Below are positions 10,579 through 18,844 of a stretch of 64,000 nt of DNA, piece by piece (position 1 is the stretch's first letter; every line of letters starts with the position of its first letter). Source of the stretch: Candidatus Woesearchaeota archaeon (GTDB lineage Archaea; Nanobdellota; Nanobdellia; Woesearchaeales; UBA10216); NCBI GenBank assembly GCA_016185705.1, contig JACPMZ010000010.1:913-64912 (forward strand), read 5' to 3'. The notes below the pieces were generated by a model. The model was not told where the DNA came from. It ran no database searches and saw nothing but the letters and a program-made list of their open reading frames with translations. The position numbers and the translations under genes are program-made.

Positions 10579-11268
10579 GTGAAAACCATGTATAAGGAGG
10601 CTGTTGATGAGCTGAACAGGTCTGCAGTCAGATTCTTGGTTAAGAAAATTAAGGAGCTTCTTGCCAGTCAGGAGCATATTGTGTTGGCTATCCCGGGAGG
10701 TAGAAGCGTTCGCAGCATATGGAATATCCTTGCAGAGGAAACGCACATTGACTGGAGCAGGATTCACATTTTCATGGCAGATGAGCGCGTCGTGCCTCCT
10801 GATCATGATGACAGCAACTTTAAGCTGGCTTTTGACACTTTTTTGAAGCAGGTTGTTGCTGACGGCCTGGCTGTTGAAAACACGCACCCTTTTATTCCGA
10901 ACGACACTGCAGACAGAGGCGCCTCTGATTACTTTAAGCAGCTGCAGCAGTTTGGCGGCCCGGACATACTAATCCTGAGCTCAGGCGAGGACGGCCATGT
11001 TGGCGCTTTGTATCCGAACCATCACTCCATCAGGAATGCCAAGGAGGGCTACATTTTCATGGACGACTCCCCTAAGCCGCCTGCTGAGCGAATTACGATG
11101 TCAAGAAAGACAATGCTGAAGGCAAAAGTCGCGTTGCTGCTGTTTGTTGGCGAATCAAAGCAGGAAGCTTACAAAAAGTTCTTGGAAGAAGGCAATGTTG
11201 TCAAATGCCCTGCCCGGCTGGTCAGGCAGATTGGGGATTCTTATGTGCTGACTAATTTGAAGCCCTGA
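10579..11268 (+). CDS. pgl: 6-phosphogluconolactonase
   Basis: PGGRS, DERVVPPDHDDSN, GEDGH, PKPPAERIT. Confidence 0.93.
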   Translation: MKTMYKEAVDELNRSAVRFLVKKIKELLASQEHIVLAIPGGRSVRSIWNILAEETHIDWSRIHIFMADERVVPPDHDDSNFKLAFDTFLKQVVADGLAVENTHPFIPNDTADRGASDYFKQLQQFGGPDILILSSGEDGHVGALYPNHHSIRNAKEGYIFMDDSPKPPAERITMSRKTMLKAKVALLLFVGESKQEAYKKFLEEGNVVKCPARLVRQIGDSYVLTNLKP

Positions 11269-11335
11269 TATTTCTATCCTCAATAGAAACTATTGTCTAT
11301 TGGCAATAGAAACAGTTAAATACATTGCGTGGCAT

Positions 11336-11468
11336 GGCCATATTGTAAAAGTTCATGTGCTCCCGATGTTTTGCTAAGCTGCCCTGATTTTCCCTTCCCT
11401 AAATATTTAGGGAGGTTAAAATCAGGGCAGCTTAGCGGCAGTGGCGAATGCAACTTTTCAATACGACC
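11336..11468. mobile_element. MITE-like element, family A copy 2, central palindrome 11373-11436
   Basis: Ends GGCCATATTGTAAAAGTT / AACTTTTCAATACGACC; 19-bp perfect outer arms GCTAAGCTGCCCTGATTTT / AAAATCAGGGCAGCTTAGC around CTTCCC-N10-GGGAGG. Confidence 0.75.
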
Positions 11469-11502
11469 GCGGTTATGGCTTTTGTGTGCTGACAGGCCTT
11501 CG

Positions 11503-11646
11503 CTAAGTCAGCTGTTTTTTATTCTCCAGTGCATGTTTGGTTATTTCCAGGCTGCAGCTGTTATATTTTTTGCAGTATTCCCTGCACTGCTTCGCAAGCT
11601 CCTCTGTTTCATAATGGAAGCTGCATATGTGGCACTGGTATATCAT
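11503..11646 (-). CDS. 47-aa Cys/His-rich putative metal-binding microprotein (paralog 1)
   Basis: MIYQCHICSFHYETEELAKQCREYCKKYNSCSLEITKHALENKKQLT; AGGTGG RBS; close paralog at 12422-12568. Confidence 0.8.
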   Translation of the reverse strand: MIYQCHICSFHYETEELAKQCREYCKKYNSCSLEITKHALENKKQLT

Positions 11647-11664
11647 GTTTCCACCTTTTACTTG

Positions 11665-11830
11665 TCAAAACCACTGCGGGCTAATGTCAGAAACCAAAGG
11701 TTTCTGAGCACAGTCAAAAATGCAGCATTTTTGATGAGCCCACAGCGTGTGGTTTTGAGCATGCTCGGAAATCGCTGGCTTGCTCTTCGCTAAAGCAAAA
11801 GAGCGTGCGCCAAAAGCGATTTCCGACATG
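11665..11830. repeat. Cluster of nested palindromes with a shared TCRRAA...TTYYGA stem motif
   Basis: Stems 11665-11674/11749-11758, 11687-11707, 11714-11734, 11765-11776/11815-11826. Confidence 0.8.
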
Positions 11831-12214
11831 TCAAAAAAGCATGACATTTTCATCTTTTGGAAAATCAGCGTCAAATGTTATAAGAACCGCCTTCTCCTGC
11901 ATGGCTGTTGCAAGGTGCAGCGCGTCCGCTATCCCGAACTTCGGGTGTTTGCTGCGGATTTCCTTTTTAAGCCGGGCAGCCTCCAGCGCTATCCACTCAG
12001 TGATGGGGATGATTGCTGCCCTGCTTTTAATGAATTTTAAGCTCGTATCAAACTTTTGGTTTTCGCGCTGGAACTTGTCAGCCAGTTCAACTATGGCGAT
12101 TACCGAGGTTGCTGCCACGTCATGCTCTATCATTTGCCTAACCTTTTCCCCTTTGCCTGTGCCTCCAAGGTATTCGGCCCATGCAGAGCTCTCAATCACG
12201 TATTTATAGCCCAT
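11831..12214 (-). CDS. vapC: VapC-type PIN domain toxin
   Basis: YVIESSAW (first acidic residue E), E, IADALHLATA, LITFDADF; 127 aa; overlaps upstream small ORF. Confidence 0.85.
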   Translation of the reverse strand: MGYKYVIESSAWAEYLGGTGKGEKVRQMIEHDVAATSVIAIVELADKFQRENQKFDTSLKFIKSRAAIIPITEWIALEAARLKKEIRSKHPKFGIADALHLATAMQEKAVLITFDADFPKDENVMLF

Positions 12215-12401
12215 TGAATTCAGCCCTGTCCTTCCCTTTCCACCTGAGGCCCTTCACAGCCCCGAACATTGAAACAGGCACTGCCGCATGCTGCCTCAAT
12301 AGCTGCTGAATCACCTGGTCATGGGTTCTTATGCGCTTCTTTTCCTTTAGGAGTTCCAGCATCTGCTTTGTTGTTCCCGAAACCTGTATTGTAGTCGCCA
12401 T
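12204..12401 (-). CDS. Putative VapB antitoxin (RHH-like)
   Basis: MATTIQVS...LELLK...THDQVIQQLL...SMFG; 65 aa directly upstream of the PIN gene. Confidence 0.8.
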   Translation of the reverse strand: MATTIQVSGTTKQMLELLKEKKRIRTHDQVIQQLLRQHAAVPVSMFGAVKGLRWKGKDRAEFNGL

Positions 12402-12425
12402 AGTTACAGTTATAACTATAACTAT
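12400..12425. promoter_or_regulatory. Candidate antitoxin operator
   Basis: Near-perfect palindrome ATAGTTACAGTTATAACTATAACTAT between a TATA-like box and the antitoxin start codon. Confidence 0.55.
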
Positions 12426-12568
12426 ATAAAAAGTTTTCTGTTTTCCAGCGCATGCTTCGTTATTTCCAGGCTGCAGCTGTTATATTTTTTGCAGTATTCC
12501 CTGCATTGCTTCGCCCATTTTTCTTCCTTGTAGCGGAATCCGCATATGGGGCATTGGTATGTTTTCAC
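12422..12568 (-). CDS. 48-aa Cys/His-rich putative metal-binding microprotein (paralog 2)
   Basis: GTG start, MKTYQCPICGFRYKEEKWAKQCREYCKKYNSCSLEITKHALENRKLFI; GAGGTGA RBS; last gene of the mer-like operon. Confidence 0.8.
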   Translation of the reverse strand: MKTYQCPICGFRYKEEKWAKQCREYCKKYNSCSLEITKHALENRKLFI

Positions 12569-12572
12569 GTTA

Positions 12573-13433
12573 TCACCTCGGGAAGAGCAGGATTACAAAC
12601 TGCTCAACGAATATTGACGACAGCAATAAGTAAATTCCAACCAGCAGCAGGACTACGCTGCTTATTTTTCTTATTTTCTGGGTTCGCGAGCTGAGTTCTG
12701 ATATCGCGCTTTGTGAGATGGTAGCGAGGAAGGACAGCAAAATCATCAGGGCTGCCATTGTGGCTGAGAACATTGCGTACGCCAGCAGCGCTGATAAAAA
12801 GCCGCCTGTGGCAAATGCGAAGACGGTAAGGATTGCGAGGATGGGTCCTGCGCATCCTATGCCTATGATGTTATAGCCGAAACCAAAGACGAAAAATGAC
12901 CTTGCGGGCGTTTTTCCCTGCAGTTTTGCCACGAACTGCGCCGCCTTATCAAAAGCAGCCGAGTGGAAGCCCTTTCCAAGCAGGGGCATTGCCCCGAAAG
13001 TTATCATCAGAATTCCAACTATGCCCCTGAATGCAAGCACGGAAGCGTTGGGGCTGTCTGTGGCAAGGGCAAAGGACTTGGCAAAGTTTTCTCCGAGCAG
13101 GCCTATCAGAGAACCAAAAAGCAGGTTGAAAGCCACTATTCCAGCAGCGGTTATAATGCCGTAATAAACAACTTGCGCTTTTTTCCGGTCAGCCCTCTTT
13201 GCTGTCAGGAACCTTGTGAGATATGCCGGAAGCACGCCAAATGAGCATGGGTTGAAGAAGGTTGCGATGCCCGCTGTGACTGCAACAAGCGCTATACCAA
13301 AGACAGCTGTTTCAGGCGCTATTTTTGTCATGAACAGGATGAAAGCGTAGTATCCTGCGCCAATTATGGCGATAGCGGCAGCTATAAGCAGAATAGCGTT
13401 GTTTTTTAGGTTTGCTTTTTTGTTTTTCCTCAT
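12573..13433 (-). CDS. CcdA/DsbD-like thiol-redox membrane protein
   Basis: TFFNPCSFGVLP and GCAGPIL motifs in a multi-TM protein. Confidence 0.82.
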   Translation of the reverse strand: MRKNKKANLKNNAILLIAAAIAIIGAGYYAFILFMTKIAPETAVFGIALVAVTAGIATFFNPCSFGVLPAYLTRFLTAKRADRKKAQVVYYGIITAAGIVAFNLLFGSLIGLLGENFAKSFALATDSPNASVLAFRGIVGILMITFGAMPLLGKGFHSAAFDKAAQFVAKLQGKTPARSFFVFGFGYNIIGIGCAGPILAILTVFAFATGGFLSALLAYAMFSATMAALMILLSFLATISQSAISELSSRTQKIRKISSVVLLLVGIYLLLSSIFVEQFVILLFPR

Positions 13434-13434
13434 T

Positions 13435-13863
13435 TTAATCTCTTCGGAAACCTCCGGACTTGTATATTGAAAACACTAGCAGGGCGATTGCTGCTGACAG
13501 GAAAATCCAGCTGAAATAGCTTAGCGTGACAGTAACGCTTAAAGGCAGGAAGAATGCAATGGCAGGAATGCATGCCGGGCACGCTCCAAGCAGCACGCCA
13601 AAAATTGACGCAGACGCCCCGCCTGCAGGATTTACTTTGCATGTTTTGCATTGCTTGTTGTAAATGTATAAGACAGCAAAGCTGCCTGTCAGCACTGCCA
13701 GGATTGGGTAAAGGAAAAGCGTGTACGAAATGCCGGCCATCGTCTCAAACCAGATGTCAAACCCCCTCAATGGAATTGCCGGCCACAACAAGACTGCAAG
13801 AACAACAGCAGCGCCTATTAACGCAGCCCTTCCGTTTTTCCATGCCTTGATTAGCTTTATCAT
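13435..13863 (-). CDS. Small membrane protein with CKTC and GACPAC motifs
   Basis: About four hydrophobic segments, paired cysteines; coupled within the merA operon. Confidence 0.7.
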   Translation of the reverse strand: MIKLIKAWKNGRAALIGAAVVLAVLLWPAIPLRGFDIWFETMAGISYTLFLYPILAVLTGSFAVLYIYNKQCKTCKVNPAGGASASIFGVLLGACPACIPAIAFFLPLSVTVTLSYFSWIFLSAAIALLVFSIYKSGGFRRD

Positions 13864-14729
13864 CTGTAAATCACTTCTATATTTTCGCTGTCAAGCACTT
13901 CATGCTCTATATCTGACTCCTGTCCGTCTGCTGTAATCGTTCCGCCGCAGTAGCTTCCAAAATCTGTCACAATACACTCGCCTGCTTCCCACCCAAACGT
14001 CTCGAACAGGTACTTCAGCGTGACTCCTTTTGCATGAACATGCACTTCTTTTCCATCGCTGTCTTCAAAATGAACAAAAGAGCTTCTTAGCTGGTATTTG
14101 GAATCGGCAAAATCAACTTTGCTTCCTCCAAGGGTAACGCTTATGTTGGCGTGCTCATGAGTCGAACCTAATACTAGGTTGGCAGATTCGCCTCTGACAA
14201 TCAAATCCTCAAGCGTTTTCGTGTCTATTGGAAACCCGTTGTCCCTGTAAACAATCTTTCCATCAGGGTCTACTATTATGGTTGTGTCAAAACTTCTGAT
14301 GCTATACAATTGTGCAATGCTCCCGTCATCAAATCCCATAATCCAGTCATTCCTGCCGAACTGCTGCCTGAAACGCTCCAGGTCCTGCGCTGTTTCGCGC
14401 TGGTCAACGTCAATCTGCATGACAACCAAAGGGATGTGCGGAAAATTGTTCTGTGCGCGCTTTACATTGGCAGCTTCTATCTGGCACGGAACGCACCACG
14501 TGGCCATTGATGCGAATAAAACGTATTTTCCCCTGAAATCAGACAGCTTTACAACATTGCCATCAATTGTTGCAAGCGCAAAGTCCCTGGCAAGTTTGCC
14601 TTCCGCAATTCCCTCTTCGGCATTCAATCCGGTTTCGGGAGGGCTTTCCGCGTTTTTCTGCGCGATAAAAAATGCTGCAATCGCAAGAATCGCCAAAAAC
14701 CCTGTTATGAAATAGTTCCTTTTCATCAT
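13860..14729 (-). CDS. Membrane-anchored TlpA/thioredoxin-like protein with C-terminal His-rich domain
   Basis: N-terminal TM, ATWCVPC, IVDPDGKI; C-terminal THEHA...FVHFED...VHVH. Confidence 0.85.
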   Translation of the reverse strand: MMKRNYFITGFLAILAIAAFFIAQKNAESPPETGLNAEEGIAEGKLARDFALATIDGNVVKLSDFRGKYVLFASMATWCVPCQIEAANVKRAQNNFPHIPLVVMQIDVDQRETAQDLERFRQQFGRNDWIMGFDDGSIAQLYSIRSFDTTIIVDPDGKIVYRDNGFPIDTKTLEDLIVRGESANLVLGSTHEHANISVTLGGSKVDFADSKYQLRSSFVHFEDSDGKEVHVHAKGVTLKYLFETFGWEAGECIVTDFGSYCGGTITADGQESDIEHEVLDSENIEVIYR

Positions 14730-14740
14730 TAGTTGGCTTT

Positions 14741-16147
14741 TTATTCAACACAGCATGCCATTTCGTTCAGATTCTGCGTGAAGCTCTGCGCAACCTTCTT
14801 AATCATCTCGCTCAGCGTCGGGAAGACGTGCACCGTGTCCTTGATGTCGTCAATCGTCATTTTGTTCCTGATGGCGTACGTTGCGAGCGTGATTATGTCG
14901 GCAGCCTGCGGCCCTGCAATCTGCACTCCCAAAACCCTTCGCGTCCTGTGTTCCAGGACCATCTTTATGATGCCTCTTGCGTCTTTAATGGCAAGGGCCT
15001 TCTCAACGTGGTCCAGCTTTATTGTTGAGCACATGCACGTTTTGTAGCGCTGCATGTATTCCGCTTCGGTTATCCCGACAGCAGCTGCTTCAGGGGAGGT
15101 AAAAACTGCATAGGGAACCTGGCGGTAGTTTATGCTTTTCTTTGCATTCTCAAACATGTTGAGCACGGCAAGATTGCCTTCCTTCGCTGCCGTGGTTTCC
15201 AGCGGCATCATGCCGGTAACGTCGCCGGCTGCAAAAATGTGCTGCCTGGAAGTCCTGAAATGCCTGTTCACTTTGACAAATCCCCGCTTGTCAAGCTTTA
15301 CTCCGGCGTTTTGCGCTTCAAGCTTTTTTGTGTGCGGCTGCAGCCCTGTTCCGAGAAACAGCGCTGCTGCTGAAAATGTGCGTTTCTTTCCTTTAACCAC
15401 GGCGGTGAGCTGCAATCCTGTTTTTGTTTTCTTGACTTCTTTTGCTTCAACTCCGGTAAGGATTTGTATGCCTTCTGCCTGCAGATGCCTTTGCACTTCT
15501 GCAGAAATGTCGGGGTCAAACTTCGGCAGCACCCTGTCAGAGCGCTGGAGTACAGTGGTTTTTATTCCGAAGTGGTGGAATATCTGGGAGAACTCCATGC
15601 CTTGCGGGCCCGCACCGAGTATGATAACTGACTTCGGCTTCTTTTTCAGCTCAAAAACGTTTTTGTTAGTAAGGTAAGCAATCTTTTCTATACCTTCAAT
15701 AGGCGGAACAGATGTTGAAGCTCCAGTTGCAATGAGAATGTAATCAGCGGAATATTCGCTGTCGCCAACAGAAACAGTATGCTCATCCACAAAACTTGCT
15801 TTTCCTTCCTTGTATCCAACGTGTTCCTGCTTTTTTATTACGTTACCATAATTTTTCTTTCTGAATCCTTCAATCATCTGTTTTGTTTCCTTTAGCGCCT
15901 CTACAAAATCAGCTGTGCCTTTTACTTTAACTGCCTTAAAGCTGCTGTGGGCAGGGTAGTAATACTCGCTGCCCTGGTGCAGCATGATTTTGGAAGGAAC
16001 GCAGCCGACATTGACGCACGTTCCGCCAAGGGGCAGTATTTTGGAATCGTTTATCATTAAAGTCTTTTTTCCCAGCAAATTTGCCCTGTTGGCAGCTGCA
16101 AATGCTGCAGCTCCCCCTCCCAGGATGATTAAGTCGTACTTCGTCAT
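14741..16147 (-). CDS. merA: Mercuric reductase (no NmerA domain)
   Basis: GGTCVNVGCVPSK redox centre, TVHVFPT, C-terminal vicinal Cys pair (MACCVE); start overlaps the ArsR stop (ATGA). Confidence 0.85.
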   Translation of the reverse strand: MTKYDLIILGGGAAAFAAANRANLLGKKTLMINDSKILPLGGTCVNVGCVPSKIMLHQGSEYYYPAHSSFKAVKVKGTADFVEALKETKQMIEGFRKKNYGNVIKKQEHVGYKEGKASFVDEHTVSVGDSEYSADYILIATGASTSVPPIEGIEKIAYLTNKNVFELKKKPKSVIILGAGPQGMEFSQIFHHFGIKTTVLQRSDRVLPKFDPDISAEVQRHLQAEGIQILTGVEAKEVKKTKTGLQLTAVVKGKKRTFSAAALFLGTGLQPHTKKLEAQNAGVKLDKRGFVKVNRHFRTSRQHIFAAGDVTGMMPLETTAAKEGNLAVLNMFENAKKSINYRQVPYAVFTSPEAAAVGITEAEYMQRYKTCMCSTIKLDHVEKALAIKDARGIIKMVLEHRTRRVLGVQIAGPQAADIITLATYAIRNKMTIDDIKDTVHVFPTLSEMIKKVAQSFTQNLNEMACCVE

Positions 16148-16473
16148 CTTTCCCTCCTTTTTATGCACCCAATGCAGTATTTTGAAGTATGCAGGTTGAT
16201 TAGCTTCATGAGCGGCTCTATGGTTTGCTTGTTAAGTCTGTACACTCTTTCCTTGCCGCTTGGTTTGACGCTGACAAAGCCGCAGCTTTTCAGCCTTGCT
16301 AAACTGTTTGAGATTGTGCTTTGGTCAGCGCCAACTGCTGCCGTTATTTCCGACACGTTCTTTGACTCTTTCAGCAGCGCATTCAGTATTTTGATGCGTG
16401 TTCTGTTTGAAAGCGTTGCCAGGAAATACTCATACGCCTCATCCGGAGTTGCCTGCTGCATAACATATTTCAT
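16144..16473 (-). CDS. ArsR/SmtB family regulator
   Basis: TRIKILNAL...VSEI...QSTISNSLARLKSCGFV winged HTH; C-terminal CIGC. Confidence 0.9.
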   Translation of the reverse strand: MKYVMQQATPDEAYEYFLATLSNRTRIKILNALLKESKNVSEITAAVGADQSTISNSLARLKSCGFVSVKPSGKERVYRLNKQTIEPLMKLINLHTSKYCIGCIKRRER

Positions 16474-16499
16474 TTTTAAAATATTTAGAAAATGAAATA
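16466..16499. promoter_or_regulatory. Candidate ArsR operator
   Basis: Inverted repeat TATTTCATTTT-N12-AAAATGAAATA overlapping the ArsR start codon, next to a TTTAAATA box. Confidence 0.55.
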
Positions 16500-16599
16500 C
16501 TATTTAAATGTTTCGGAATATCCGGTTTTACTGCATCCGACACCGTTTCCACGCTTTTAGCGCAAAATATGGCGGCATCTAAGAGGGCTTTTTTCCATT

Positions 16600-17670
16600 T
16601 CATGAGGTTGTCGTGGTTTTTGACAAATAGCCGAACTCTTTTGCCGCGATTACAAACATGGAATGGCTCCAGCATAGGGGAGAGACGGAAGGGGTTGTTC
16701 CGGCATGAAGCTGCTCCGGAATGAAGTGCCGGAAATTGTTGCTGTACTTCTCAAAAAGTAATTTTGCTTCAGCTCTCCTGTCCAGCTTTGAGAGCGCAAT
16801 AGCATACCAGTAAGTGAGCAGCGGCCAGCCGCCCGCGCCCTTGTTCTGCAGCCGCGTATGTGAAAGAACGCCGTCATAGACGTCATTCTCATATCGCATT
16901 ACGCCCTGGGGGGTGAGAAGGCGTTGCTCAATCCTAAGCACGGACTCTTTTGATTTGGTGTCGTGGTTGGTAACGTTGAACGGCCATATAAGGCCAAGCA
17001 AGCTGCCATCAACGTGCTCGTCAGGCAGGCTGCATACTCTCGGATAAAAGGAAGATGGGCATGTCTGCATGGCAGCAACCATCTGCTCAGATGCCCGAAG
17101 CCATTTATCGTTGTTAAGAGCTTCATGCGCTCGCCGCAGGCCGAAGCTGCAGGCTGCCAAGGAGTAGGAAAAGCTGTTTTTGATGTCATCCTTTAGGTCG
17201 CGCTCCTCCCACAGGTCATGAGCGACCACATTAAACCTTGAGCCGCCCCACCTTTCAGTCAGGCCGTCGGCAAGCAGCGTGACAGCATTTTTTGAGGCGC
17301 TATCAAGGGGTTGCGCAAGCAAAGACCACAGCAAAGCGCCTGCCTGGTCAGGCTGGTACTGCGAGCCAAACTCGGTGTCGCGCGCGCCATTGGTTGCATA
17401 GCGCTGATGAACAAGTCCTGTTTCCCTAAATCCCTCAGCGCGCTCCAGCAGCCATTTTATGAATGGCTTGCGCATGGAGTTGATGCCAAGAAGGTGGGCT
17501 GCGTACAGGGTAAAAGCGACATCCCTGGGCCAGACATAGTGGTAGTTGGCAACATTTTTGGGATAATGCTGTATGTCTGTGTTTGCAGCCACAATGGCGC
17601 CGTTCTCAAGGGCAGCTTCAAGAAAAACTTCTCTGCTTGCCTCAAGCAGTGCCTTTATGCGGTGAGACAT
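16600..17670 (-). CDS. Glycoside hydrolase family 15 (glucoamylase-like)
   Basis: YVWPRD, QPDQ, DLWEE, RYENDVY, PEQ...PLCWSHSMF. Confidence 0.88.
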   Translation of the reverse strand: MSHRIKALLEASREVFLEAALENGAIVAANTDIQHYPKNVANYHYVWPRDVAFTLYAAHLLGINSMRKPFIKWLLERAEGFRETGLVHQRYATNGARDTEFGSQYQPDQAGALLWSLLAQPLDSASKNAVTLLADGLTERWGGSRFNVVAHDLWEERDLKDDIKNSFSYSLAACSFGLRRAHEALNNDKWLRASEQMVAAMQTCPSSFYPRVCSLPDEHVDGSLLGLIWPFNVTNHDTKSKESVLRIEQRLLTPQGVMRYENDVYDGVLSHTRLQNKGAGGWPLLTYWYAIALSKLDRRAEAKLLFEKYSNNFRHFIPEQLHAGTTPSVSPLCWSHSMFVIAAKEFGYLSKTTTTS

Positions 17671-17781
17671 GAAGCAGCTTACTCAAGTATGCTTAATAAA
17701 TATTTTCTTTAATGTGGCTGCTTACAGTTTTTAGCTTTGGCTGCCTGTCTGGCAAAACAGCCCTTTTTCCTTGCATTTTTC

Positions 17782-18195
17782 TTACTTTACAAAATTAAGC
17801 AGAATTTTTTCCAGCGAGAAAATCCATTTTTGGAAGGACGTGGTTCCTACGTACTGGTTGAAGGCGAAGAGCGCTCCTGAAAAGATAAGATAACCCAGAA
17901 CAATAAACACTGGGTAAACTTCGGGGTGGTAGATGTAGTCGTCGCTGGTGTAAACGTGGCACCAGTAGCACCAGCTCGGGGCTGTAAGAAGGAGGAAGAT
18001 GGGCTTGTTTTCCCTAACCGCCTAATTGAATGCGTCAGGCCCGTAGTCTCTCCATTCTATTCTCCCGGAAACGCGCATCTCTTCAGCGTGCTCAAAAGTG
18101 TAGTGGGAAGAGGCAAAAGCGGTTTCGGAAGCAACAGATGCAGCAAGAATCATGCACAGCAGAAAAATGGCTGTTCTCTGCTGATTATTGCACAT
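17782..18195 (-). pseudogene. Remnant of a secreted DUF255/YyaL-type thioredoxin-domain protein, internal TAG and apparent large deletion
   Basis: Signal peptide, then IEWRDYGPDAFN*AVRENKPIFLLLTAPSWCYWCHV (TAG at 18022-18024), then an abrupt switch to a hydrophobic tail. Confidence 0.75.
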
Positions 18196-18356
18196 TTTTT
18201 ATCCTCGCGCTTGTTTGGTTGAAAATTTTTGGCATTTTCTTTGCCTATAAAATTGGCTTCACCGATGCTATTTAAACCTGCCGCCAAAACGCTGCAAAAC
18301 CTTCCAGTATACTGAAATGTGACAAATTAAGGCAAACATTTAAATAGATGATAGTT

Positions 18357-18370
18357 TTATCATATGATAA
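18357..18370. promoter_or_regulatory. Candidate operator upstream of the gdhA-arsR operon
   Basis: Perfect palindrome TTATCATATGATAA just downstream of TTTAAATA (18339-18346). Confidence 0.45.
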
Positions 18371-18459
18371 GTTTATCATTTAAATGAGATTGCCAGACTG
18401 ATTGGGAAGGACATGTAGAAGACGATTTGGACGGTTGGCAACAATTGGAGGCAATAAAA

Positions 18460-18819
18460 ATGAAAATGAACCCGATGGTTATGATGGGAATGATGGCTGT
18501 GCTGACGATTGCATCGCTGGTGTTTGCGTATCAGGGTGTGAGAATGCACGCAGAAGTTGACAGCGAAGAGGCGCGGCTGCACAGCTTGCAGGCTGACTAC
18601 TTCAGCATTGCAAAAGCTGACAGGGATGCTGCGCCTGCCGGCTCTGACTTGAACGCACGGCTGGTTGAAATATCGCAGCTGCCATCTGAGCTGCTCAGGC
18701 TTAAGCTTGTAGGAGTTGGAAAGATACTAACAGGCATATACGTGCTGCTGTTTGGAATCTTGGTGGCTCTGATAATGATGCCAGTCAGGCTTGGCAGGCT
18801 GCTTAACAAGCAGCGCTAA
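18460..18819 (+). CDS. Hypothetical two-TM membrane protein
   Basis: GGAGG RBS, Met-rich N-terminal TM, second TM LKLVGVGKILTGI. Confidence 0.75.
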   Translation: MKMNPMVMMGMMAVLTIASLVFAYQGVRMHAEVDSEEARLHSLQADYFSIAKADRDAAPAGSDLNARLVEISQLPSELLRLKLVGVGKILTGIYVLLFGILVALIMMPVRLGRLLNKQR

Positions 18820-18844
18820 ATTTTTTACGGTTGATGAGGGAAAA

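Noticed and set aside
11329..12694. Plus-strand ORFs 11329-11793 and 12452-12694 sharing YFQAAAVIFFAVFPALLR
   Set aside because: They are the antisense reading of the duplicated minus-strand microprotein genes, which have RBSs and conserved Cys spacing.
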